This document shows, piece by piece, positions 25,921-36,588 of a stretch of DNA of 64,000 bases. The notes below the pieces were generated by a model. It did not search any database. It was not told the origin of the DNA and was given only the letters and a program-made list of their open reading frames with translations. Position numbers and translations under genes: made by a program. Location of the stretch: assembly GCA_002633005.1 (NCBI GenBank), contig NMRA01000668.1, positions 124,001-188,000 of the forward strand, read 5' to 3'. The first letter of the stretch is position 1. Each line of letters starts with the position of its first letter. This stretch comes from Phoronis australis (taxonomy: Eukaryota > Animalia > Phoronida).

Positions 25921-26257
25921 CAGTGGCGGATCTAGGATACCATAAGGAAAGGCCAACATGTTGCCTCGGGGAATTGGGAAAAGCGTGATTGTATGTGCAC
26001 GGGCGGCCTGAAATTTGGAAGGTCCGGGAGTAGTATGAACCTTCTGTTCGAAAATTCTGTAGACAAAAAAACCCAAACCCAAAAACAGGAAGGTGCAAGG
26101 TGATACCGCCGCGACCTGGGTCTGCGCCCCCCTTCTCCTCCACTTTAAGTCCTAGTTATTGAACTTAATATTTCCTCACGCTTTACGCTGTTGCTGTTTC
26201 ATTTTGTTTGCGGCAGCCGGGGGAGGCCCGGGTTCCCTGCCCCTAAATCCGGCTATG
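25921..26257. mobile_element. CAGTGGCGGATCTAG-type MITE (possibly composite) with degenerate 5-bp TSD GGCCT/GTCCT
   Basis: The empty site TAGGCTTACTA is present in paralogous units 1 (~11627) and 2 (~17251); here it is split by the insertion. Confidence 0.75.
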
Positions 26258-27077
26258 GTCCTACTAGCACATTAGCGGTAATATCCTCTTGATTTTACAT
26301 ATTGTATATTAGCTTCCTCAGTGTGTGTACACTTCATGTGTTCAATGCAAATTTCACCACCAGAGCAACTTAGGGATGTAAACTCCGAATCCCCAAACCT
26401 GTGCAAGATACAAACACAGAAGCAAGATGCCCATTATTGTATTACACAATCTTGCTCTTTTGATAGAAGGGCAAAACTTTTTACTAGGAATTCGGGATCA
26501 TTTTCGACATTCTTCACGTCACGGCGAAAATAATGCAAACCCATGCTTAAGTCTTCTGACTTTGATTGCTGATATTTTAGGATGGTCGCCCACTGTACTG
26601 CAATTGTATGTGTGGAGAATCTGCATCGGTACACGTCTAATGTATTTGTCTAAGCATAGACTAAAGACGACAGATTCGCAACTCCGACATTATTTTTCTT
26701 GCAAAGCAGGCTCCACCCTCCTATATTACGATATTCAGTTTCCGATTAGTGTATGGTGAAGGGAAAAACAGCCGACCATGATTAGCACTTGCCGGAATTA
26801 AAACTTGCTAACTTGACCAGGTAACGCCAGTGAATAATGAGGTCCGGTCTTGTACTTAAGGTTACGGATTTCGTTCATTGAAAATGTACGGGGTTGGCGG
26901 TCCATGTTCTATAGTCGATGTCTGATCTAAGCAAATAAATGCTACTCTGTCCTAATAAACTAAGGACAGAAAACAATTCAGAGAGATGCTGAAAGCGTAA
27001 TGTATCATGGGCAATAATATGCGCGCAACCTGGAAAAATATCAGCGCAGCGTGTACAAAGCCAACGACATTTAAATA

Positions 27078-28076
27078 CTATCGTCTTCCTTTACCACGAC
27101 ACATTGAAGTAAAGCATTCACGCAGAGGATGTACAATAATTTCCTTCAAAGCCTGTCGTAGCTTCTTACTTCCGACTATGCAAATGATTGGGTGCACCAC
27201 ACTGCATGTGAAAGCGATACGGACTGTGATAACGTAAGCCCAATTTCTCGAAGAACTTGTCATCTGTACGCAGCCAGTGACTACGCAGACGGTGTCTACG
27301 TTTATGACGATAATAAGAGGCGACCACATAAGCAAAAACGTTATGCACACGAGGAGACAAGATTTAGCTGCTCGTATGTTGGCAAGTTGGTAATTATCCG
27401 TACCAGTTGGTAAAACTGTGTGCCGGATCTTCAGTAGCTGACGAGCTACAAGCGAGTTGAATACGACAACAACGAGGGCTGATGCCAGAAATGTAGCCAT
27501 CGAACCTAGAAGCCAGGCCTTGGTGACGAGAAAGGTGTGAAAACAGTAAGCCTGATAGTACACGGCGCCTGGATGTTTAGCTTCAAAGGTGGGTATCAAT
27601 GCATAAAACGAAAGGATCCCCAGCACACATGCGGCACATATTGCTCCCACAAATTTCTTAGAAACACACTTCTTGTAACGGTATTCGAATCTAGAGAATC
27701 GAATGTAGCGGTCGAAGCTGAGTAACGCTGTTGAAACAGCCGGTGAAATTGTTGTCACAGTTTGAAGAAGAATTACGAAGACGCAGGAGCTAGCTGAAAG
27801 CGCCGTCGGCGTACGTAGTACCAGGCGCGGTGCAAAAACAACCACTGGGCACGAGATACAGCCGAGGAAGAAATGACTGATATTGACGCCAATGAGGAAC
27901 GGGTTTCTTCTGAGATCAGGCCTAATTTTCTGCACGATCAGAATGGTGCCGTTGAGTAAGACGGTGGTGATACCCACAAGCAAAACAATTGCTCCCAAAA
28001 CTGTTGGATTTCTTTTTACCAAAACCGAACTTGTCGAGTTAAGCTCCGAAATTGTGGTATTGTTTCTCGCGTCCAT
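27078..28076 (-). CDS. Intronless rhodopsin-like (class A) orphan GPCR, paralog 3 (332 aa)
   Basis: Intact ORF colinear with paralog 2: NNT/NTT/NST sequons, N42 (1.50), C98 (3.25), D122-R123-Y124, ECL2 C178, W251/P253, H295-P296, helix 8 SKKLRQAL. Confidence 0.93.
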   Translation of the reverse strand: MDARNNTTISELNSTSSVLVKRNPTVLGAIVLLVGITTVLLNGTILIVQKIRPDLRRNPFLIGVNISHFFLGCISCPVVVFAPRLVLRTPTALSASSCVFVILLQTVTTISPAVSTALLSFDRYIRFSRFEYRYKKCVSKKFVGAICAACVLGILSFYALIPTFEAKHPGAVYYQAYCFHTFLVTKAWLLGSMATFLASALVVVVFNSLVARQLLKIRHTVLPTGTDNYQLANIRAAKSCLLVCITFLLMWSPLIIVINVDTVCVVTGCVQMTSSSRNWAYVITVRIAFTCSVVHPIICIVGSKKLRQALKEIIVHPLRECFTSMCRGKGRR

Positions 28077-29148
28077 TTGAGCCTAGCGCACCGGTGTTGC
28101 TGCAGTGACAGTGTTATGTTTAAGTGAACTATCGAAACAATCTCATCTCGTTTAAACAACTGTTATCAAGTCGTGTCGTCGCGCTTCTTAGGTTCCTCAA
28201 TTCGTTGTTTATAACAAGGAAATCTGCGAAGCTCATTGGTGGATAGTGTTACTGAATCCAATTGGTTGATTATTTTGATTAGTTTACCAAGCATGCAATT
28301 GATGCAGCTAACGTCAAGTGAAAATGTGCACCATGACAACGCGGGACCTACTGTAATAAATTTACAATAACTAAGGCCAATGCACGTCATCGTTTTTGCC
28401 ATAGGGTAAATAACCACTCAGTTTACTTATGAACTACGTGTACATATAAACCTCCCGCAAGCTGAAACTGTTCCGATGGAAATTCAAATCAACCTGCCAA
28501 TTACTGGCGTGAGTTAAAGCTTTTTTTGTTCTTAACTCTAATTTCAGCGCAATTTCAATCGAACTGACGATCGAGTTGTTCCGATAATCGATACTGTGTT
28601 CAACAGATGTCTGATGAGAATATTGGGCCTGTTCCAAAATGCAGGACACTTGAAAGACAAAAGGATCATATGTTCTTTGATATTGTTTGACGACATCGCG
28701 TGAAGCAGTTAGAGATCTCGTCAAATCTGCACAGCACTTGTGTGAAAACATCGGTGTATTACGTTTAATTTAAAGACACTGATGTCAAAGTGTCATCCAG
28801 AGATTCTGTTTTTGCCTAAAGCAACATTTAGCTATGACCTCTTGCTTTCAAGTGGAATAGTTAAGTGAAGTGTAAATCACCATTTGGTGGTGTGCAAAAA
28901 CTTTATAAGTCCAATGGAATTTCTTAAAAGTCATGAATGACCCATATTTCTATCCCAGAATGAGAGTAGAGCTATTAAGTGTACCAAGAGTTATCCATTT
29001 GAATCTCAGTATGAACAATTGCTCACTGTTGTGCCTCTTTCTGTATATTAAACGATCAAAGAAGAAAGAACGAATTGTGCTTTCATCAATTTCATACACA
29101 TAGAAGTACAGTAATACGAGTGGTTTGTGAAAATTTGTAAATTCAAAG

Positions 29149-29292
29149 CAGTGACAGATTTAACGGGGAGGGGGGAGTGTAAGGGGGCCATGCCCCCTAA
29201 AATTCTCCCAAATCCCATTTGGCACTTCGGGCAAAATCCTGGCTAATACTCTGTCCTGCATCTTCAAATCAAAATCCTGGATTATGCCCCTG
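29149..29292. mobile_element. Short internally deleted relative of the 17575 MITE
   Basis: CAGTGACAGATTTA...GGCCATGCCCCCTAAAATTCT...CCATTTGGCA...AAAATCCTGGATTATGCCCCTG shares ends and interior with 17575-17889; no clear TSD. Confidence 0.6.
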
Positions 29293-29689
29293 TAATTAGA
29301 GGGCAAACTTTGCAAGTAAAATTTTACACAGTCTCAGTATTAGTTGTTGTCGACTCTAATGTATCGTCAGTGGCCGTGCCGTATGAATGGATAGCATGTT
29401 TGAAGCGCATCAATGCTTAATCGCACTTTAAACTTCTCCAAGGTAAAACTTTTGTTTCAATGCATATTTTGGATTAATCCTGTATACACGTACATGTTGG
29501 GTTATCCTTTAGCGCTTTGAATTGTACTTGTACTGTTGCATACTTTAGCTATCAGTTTAAACAAGGATGGTTTCTAGGTAACATGTGGCATAACAGTGTT
29601 CACACTCCATTTCTCTACATTGATGGCGTGACCTTCCTTTTCGTTACAGAGCTTTCTAACCTGAAAAAACTGAAAAAGCAACCTACTGT

Positions 29690-30140
29690 TCCACGACGGT
29701 TGAACACTCAAACTCAGAATACTGTAACTGTTTTGCTTCACAAAGATCACCCCTCTCAAGAAGAGAGTGTAAAGTAAATGGTTTTTATTACTGAAAGTTG
29801 TATCGACAAGTTATCAAGCTTCCAAAGAAATCTTCAATATGAACTGCATGAAAATGAGGCAGAAACTGATTTGAAAAGTTGGTGCCCGGTGGCATGGAAT
29901 GAATCATTTGGAATTGTTTTTAGTGGTAAAACGGATGCACGAGGACGCTAGTTTTTTTGGGAGGGTGCCGTTTGAGTTTTGGCGGACCCTTTCAAGAGTG
30001 CAGTTTGTCATGGGTCATTTTGGTGCTCAGTGCGGCACAGTGTCTCGTTTTAAATTAGTTTTGACCGATACCTCGATTATCTATAAGCTCAAATTTTCAT
30101 TGGCATGCCCTTTGTATGATTTTATGGGTTTCTGGTGTGC
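29690..30140 (+). pseudogene. Highly decayed KolX (His-Me finger / P2X7-ballast-like) remnant of a KolobokP-like element
   Basis: Broken frames give RRLNTQT/EYCNCF..SPSQEES and R..SRVQFVMGHFG...SIIYKLKFSLACPLYDFMGF. These echo KolX RLxxxxWCxCxxCxxMPTxxE and YRQFVxxxxGxLG...CxVxKIRxxFPxxxxYxGF. Motif recall only. Confidence 0.4.
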
Positions 30141-32396
30141 AGAGAACTCGTTAAAGGAATGCAGTCGCAAACAAGATTTTTTTTCATACATTACCAGTCC
30201 TGTTTGAATCATGTGCTTTGGTTTGGAAATTGCATCCAAAGTTATGCATGGGTTTTGATGAATTTGGAGAATTTATGTGAAAATTAAAAGGCCTGTATGT
30301 TTCCATAGGGTGTGTGAGAGAGACAGGCGAACACAGAGAGGTGGGAGTGTAATATGACGTAGAGGAAGGAAAGGGAGGTCAGTGGCTACTGACAGTTACT
30401 ACAGTTCCAGCCTCGGTGTCCTCAGCTCAACATGGTCTGCAAGCTTATGAATCTCGTCAAGCTGACGTACTGGTACTTTATCATGAGTACTAAACACGTG
30501 AAATCAATTCAAAAACTTCAGTTCAGAGAAGCATTTATGATTTGTGAATACACAGAACGCCATTTTTAACAATATAGGTCACGATACATCTTGAAGAAAT
30601 TGGGAGCCATTACATTTTACACAATTTTTTATGTGGTTATCATTTGTCTAATGATGCAAATAAGATGTGGCATCAACTTTTTCAGTTTGTTATAGTTGCG
30701 AGCTGAGCTTGTAATTGAATTATTAGTACACAGAATGAGATAAACGTCTCTTTTCCGTAATTGGTGAAAAATCTCCTAATTTTCGGAGAAGAATAAATGC
30801 CATGATCAAATGAGCAAATGCGAATATTACTGACATTCTTTACAAGGCACATTGACGAGATTTGAAAGGGAAAGGAGCGTGTTATAAAAACAATGAATTT
30901 GCCATGGTCCACAGCATCATGAATCTTGTGGACACTACCGAAACCTGTGGACAACGTGTCGCCATAGTCTTGATGGCGGTACCTATTGAGGCTATCTCCT
31001 GCAACTTCCTCTCCACCAGACTCTTCATCTCCAAACACAGCATCGCTAATATTCACATCATCAAGGATACTTTCAGGACTGCAACAAAAGAAAGCGTGAT
31101 GATCTTGCCCAGTAGAATTTCAAAGACACAACACCTAGCCCCTGTAACGCAGTTGAACTACCAAGTAACAGGGCTTGTTTTGTGTGCGGTCGTCTGGAGA
31201 ACAGTTAAATCAAGTTCGTTCAGAATTCAAATGTTTAATCATATAACGATTGATGACGTCTCACGATGCTTTCTTTAGTCAGTTTGCGGGAACGACTGGT
31301 TACTAGTGTGAAAGGATTTCTGTCCTGTCAGGGCCTGGAACCTGAGATTCATGGCTGTCCATGCAGGATCTTTAGTACACGGAGCTATTAAGACCAAAAG
31401 TTCTGTGGAAGATATATTTCCACTATATACATTAAAAGTGTCAGCAATGAATAATAATTATGTATTAAAAAATGGACAACTCATAATTTAAATGTACGTG
31501 TATACCCAATGGTTATGCTGTACTTACAGTCATCGTCCATGTCATGCATGCTACAGTGTATGTATTCAGAAACATCAGTCGTTAGCCTGTAATATAGAAA
31601 TTCAAAAAATGTTGAAGTGTTTCTGTTGTTTAAGCTGTTTAGCATTGGTCAATCTGCATTCATTGGATTTCACACATATCGTGTATAAGGTATGGTGTAT
31701 AGAAACGAAACGAAGTACGACATGGTCTCTATGCTTAGAACTCAGAAAACAGACTGAGGAAATTCTATCCAGAGCACATATTTATGACTTGATGTCAAGT
31801 AAAGTACCACCACAAATTTCATGGATAAAAACTCCTCAAAATCCCGATTTCAACTTTGTCTTCGAAAATAAACTTTTGCGTTATACAGCAATCAACTTCG
31901 AAAAAGACAAAAAAATGTCAAATTCGGTGCAAAGAAATGTAAATGCAAAAGCAATAAGTGAATTCAACTCTGCCCACACTATATGTCCGATTAAGTTAGA
32001 AATACCAACTTGTCACTTTAAAAACCCATGTTTGACAAGATCAGCCGCAGTATGACTTATAAAGCCACACGTAGTAGGTGGTACTTGCTCAAAAGTGTCA
32101 ACAAAACTGTTGCCAATCTGCTTTTTGATGCACTCACTTTTAGGTGCATCTCTGAATGTCAAATGTACAATTCATGTATACAGAGTATGCAAAATTCAGT
32201 TATGCTTAGAAGAGACACATGTGCAGATCATGCCTTACCGTAGCAGACATGTAGAAATATTCATTTTCTGGAAATATACCATGCGCATCACCTGCTCAAA
32301 ACATTCCACAATTCAATTATCATTTACAACACTTAACAATTTGTTATCAAGACAATTTATGAGCACTGACTAGTTCTCTCAAACTTAAACAATCAG

Positions 32397-32647
32397 GGGC
32401 CCGTTCCAACAGAACTGACTTGGCTAAGACAAATCTTAAATCTTAGTAAGTTTTAAAAGTAAGCTTAAATTTGTATCAAAACCAATTCAAGGAACAGATC
32501 TTAAGTTTGACTGAAATGTTTGGCATAAGTTTTGTCTTAATTTTAACTACATGTAACTTATCGAAATTGGAAGCTTCAAAGTTTGGAAGTTAAGACAAAT
32601 CTTAAACTTAAGTAAAAATGAACGAGTCAATTTCTTGGAACAGGCCT
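32397..32647. mobile_element. PIF/Harbinger-type MITE with CAG TSD
   Basis: CAG|GGGCCCGTTCCAACAGAACTGACT ... AGTCAATTTCTTGGAACAGGCCT|CAG; the internal motif TAAGACAAATCTTAAA is repeated. Confidence 0.7.
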
Positions 32648-33528
32648 CAGCTTTCTCACATCAACCTCATAATGAATGACTTGGATCCATACCTCAAAGC
32701 ACAGGCAGAATCACTTGACAAATCATTAATACAAGAAAACTCAAGCCCACTGAAATACACTGTTTAAGTAATGAATATAGATTATTACGTGGCGAAGTCG
32801 TTATCCCTCGTAATCTAGAACCCTCGTGGATTTTGGAGAATTATCGCCCGAGGTTGATCTCGCTGTGATTTCAAATGCTTTATCAGTGATCCAATCAAAA
32901 CCGAAATGGGTCAGATCCCAGAAATGGTGAGTTCATGACTTTGTTTACTGAGTGAAGGACAATTAGAAAAAAATCTCAATGCCGGAGTATTTGTTCAAGC
33001 TGGGAAGAGTTAGACATCAGCGAGCTCTTAAGATGTCCCCCTATGCACAAAAGCAACACTTTGATGGCTTAACCAGTGTGGCACAATTTGTCATAAAACT
33101 TCTGGCATATGGAGGGTCTACGGGACAACTACTGTCTCTACACTGGGTAGTTGGGACGGTGGTACTATCTTGAAGTAACACGGCTTCGAAATTTCTGTGA
33201 GCGTTTCAAGAAACCAACCGAAAACAAACAGTAAATATATGGTGATACATGTGAGTAGGAGTAATTTTGATAATTTTTGCAAACAAAATAATTAAAAACA
33301 ACCTTTCGTAATATTTTAAATATAGCAAAGTTCATTCAACTTCCTGAAGTTACGTTAACGCATTTCCCCAAAACAAATCAACTTTTAACCGGTTCTCTTG
33401 AAAATTAAAACTTTTCTCTTTTAGTCCAAAGTCACGATTTTATAGGCACTGTTGATAAATAATGAAACAACTGCATGTAGCAAGGTATATTTCAACAATT
33501 TCAGGAAAACATGACTTACTAAATTCAT

Positions 33529-34078
33529 GCACACAACTGTAAGTATCATCAACGCCGCTTAAATTTAAGAATACGTTTACAAAATTAAAATCGCCATCTC
33601 TTACTCGAGCCTAAAATTAAGCACAATTGTAACATAAATCTCGCTTAAAATTAAGAATATCTGTACAAGTTTTGAAATGGCCATATCCTGCTCTGGCCTA
33701 ATATTAAGCACAACTGTAAGTAACATAATTCCCGCTTAAATTTAAGAATGGCAGTACAAGTTTTAAAATAGTCATCTCCTATCCTGGCCTAAGCTTAAGC
33801 ACAATTGTAAGTAACATACATTGGAAATCCCGCTTAAATTTAAGCATATCTATACAAGATTTAAAATCGCCATCTCCTAACTTGGCTTACAATTAAGCAC
33901 AAATGTAAGTAACATATATCCCGCTTTAATTCAAAAATATCTGTACAAAGTCAAGTTCAATCATCGCCATCTCCTACTCAGGCCTAAAATTAAGCACAAT
34001 GGTAAGCAATGTAAACCCCTCTTAAATTTAAGAATATCTGTACAAGTTTTTAAATCATCTGGCTTACATTAAAGCACC
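33529..34078. repeat. Minisatellite, about 6 copies of an ~80-98 bp unit
   Basis: AAGCAC anchors at 33619, 33706, 33797, 33895, 33992 and 34072; unit approximately AAGCACAATTGTAAGTAACAT...CCGCTTAAATTTAAGAATATCTGTACAAG...CGCCATCTCCT...GGCCTAAAATT. Confidence 0.9.
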
Positions 34079-36429
34079 TCTGTTAAGGTATTAGATCCCA
34101 CTATTCTTCTCACGGACAAAATATACTAAACATTTAATCAATAAAAATTTGTAGGGTAAGATCAATTAACAACTATATTTAAAACTACAAGTCATTGTAC
34201 CAAAATCAAAGCAAGGCCATTTTCACAGCGNATATAACAAAATCTTGCTTGTTAGCGCTGCAATTCTTTATATTTGAGGTATAACGGATCATTCAACATG
34301 TTTTAGGAATTGTTTTTCTTTTCAGGTGGACCTTAGTACTGAACCATACACACAATCAGAGTCCACAAATGGAGGCAAGTCCCCATGTGTGCTTCCTGTG
34401 GAACACTGTAGGGTTTCCAGTTTTTCACTCTTGCCGCTTTAAGAACGTTGACAAGCAAAACGGATTACAAAAGGTATTCTTAAATTTGAACAACAAAACC
34501 AGTAGCGTCTAAAGTTCACAAAACCCGTGCCTTTTGACGCAGTTTTACACAAAGGTATGTATTTCAAATTGAAAATACATTGTATTTCAAATCACACGTT
34601 GACATCCTATAACTAAACTTTACCCGCAGCATGTAACTCTATACTAGTACAATTGTTTGGGAAATGCAAAAACACTAAATTCAAACAACATAGAGGTACC
34701 TGTGTTTCTTTGCATTTATACAACTAACCTTCTCTGTTGCCTTGTTGCATAACACTTACAGGCTTCATATCAACGAGGACATTGCAACAGATGCCATTGT
34801 TGCTGGCATGTTTTCAGTCAAATTTAGGTATGGTACTGTGTGTGGATACTAAACACGACTAAGTCCCATTGAGAAACTGCAGACCAGGCGACATGGTGCA
34901 GGCAGATCGATAACTACCCATTGAAATCACTGCATATAATAAAGATATGAGAAGAACAGATGGGTGTCATAACACTAGCAGTTAATAACGTGACGAATGT
35001 TCTTGAAAAGTAACAACACCAACTGAAATTCAACCATATAGCATAAACCGAGTTAAAAATTCCAAGGTGAAAGATATCAGGTAGACATTTAACTGAAAGG
35101 ACCCCAAGGGTCGTAGTCCGTGTGTATTGAAAATTGTTTGAAGTGTGATTGATTCAATGTAAAATTGAGATTGGCCTATACAAAACTTGGTGGTTCTCAT
35201 TTTTCCAAGGTCCTGTGGTTTTACAATAACAAAGCTCAATATGATATGCAGTGCTGGAGTTCATTCGAAATAAAATAAATATTTAAAATTAACATAGTGC
35301 AGTGTTTAACAGTCATAAAATAGCATTACACAGCAACGATTCCTTACTGAAACTGTTAAAATATACCTTGTTACATGCATTTTTTTCATGACTTATCAAA
35401 CGTGCCAATAAAATCGTGACTTCGGAGATCCGTTTTTTTTTGTTCTAGGGCGAAAGTTAGGTCACTAGCCAAATGAGGAGGAACTATAGCCAATGTCAAT
35501 ACAGACAAAGAAACTCATAAATAGGTTACTAGCCATTGAAGATCCATATAGCTAGTAATGTCAACAGATAATGAAACTCGATGAATTTTTGTCTGAAAGT
35601 AATTTTCCCTGTGAGTTCTCGGACCACTACTTTATTGGTTCGTGATTTTAATGTCGGGGACGCCATGTCCCAATAACTACCGAGGTATATAAGCAGGATA
35701 GAACAAATTTTTTTACTTACTAGTAGTGGTGCTTATCGAGCAGGCGTTTGGCTTGCTCGGAATAAGTGCAGATAGCTCATTTCTGAGAGATACCCAGCGA
35801 TCGTACTCTGTGCCCAAATCAATGCGTCAGGTTTTATTTACCTTCAGTCGTGCGTCTTTCCTTCTTTTCTTTCTGCCTGAGTCTGTAAAGGTCCATTTAT
35901 CTTGCCCACCTTCTCACTGTCAGCCATTTTGTCTCGTGGAATTTTGTAAATCCCTGCGGTTTTTTAACGCTGCACCTTCCTCAGACGTATAGTGTCTATG
36001 GGTAATTAGTTCAGATCAGGCATATGCGGTCGAATCTGCAGGAATGGTCCAATCATGACAGGTCACAGTTGCTGGTACAAACACATATATAGCACAGTTA
36101 TGTGCAGGCATAATAATCGCACGCAACACGAAGAAGTGTCCAGAACACAATACGATCAAGGCATAGCCGCTCGAGACCCATGTCAGATGTTACCGAGTAT
36201 AGTACATGTAACATTAAGAGAATACAATCATTAGCTCCATAACGGCACGAGGTATGAAGCACATTTGATGGCAAGATATTCACTCTACAGGACTGAACCG
36301 GTACTAACCTACGTGTACAGTGTATCTCATCACTGAGTCAGCTGTTCGTGAAAATTGACTGCATTTGTCAGAAGTGGGAGGGAGATTAGAGATCTATATG
36401 CGGTTACCACAATGATTTTTCTTCATATA

Positions 36430-36588
36430 TGTACTTCTTTCAAAAACCGTGAATTTTGTGATTTTTTTTGAAATTCCTTCACAGGGCAAAATGGATAACC
36501 CTGTAGCAGAGGTTGCAAGAAAGTATTTTCGTTAGGCGATCGTTTGAAACATATTTTTCACGAGTTTTCGAATTCCATGCCACTTTAA
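36430..36588. mobile_element. Right terminus of a Kolobok-type repeat related to 14494-15020; probable end of the KolobokP-like fossil
   Basis: Aligns by eye to 14888-15024 and ends ATTCCATGCCACT|TTAA, about 660 bp upstream of the HTH start codon. Confidence 0.55.

Larger units (their letters stand above)
30650..35927 (-). mobile_element. Fragmented KolobokP-like HTH-DDE transposase pseudogene interrupted by later insertions
   Basis: Best piece is 35927-35720: MADSEK.../RKKRRKDARLKVNKT*RIDLGTEYDRWVSLRNEL/TYSEQAKRLLD, matching the KolobokP N-terminal motif KTRIxLGxxxxRWxxLR...AxxLLD. Weaker pieces lie in the expected order at ~34320-34450 (GSVLRST*K), ~32850-33200, ~32660-32720 and 30680-31200 (SILDDV...NRYRH...SVHKIHDAV...SPK). 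Confidence 0.5.

Noticed and set aside
29888-29900. GGTGGCATGGAAT as the left TIR matching the 36584 terminus
   Set aside because: No TTAA flank, similarity does not extend, and it lies inside the KolX-like remnant; probably coincidental.
31492-32055. 187-aa ORF
   Set aside because: AT-rich, no recognisable domain or splice signals, and located within a transposon fossil; likely a chance ORF.
33529-34078. CRISPR array
   Set aside because: Whole units are repeated with no unique spacers; eukaryotic context with no cas genes.
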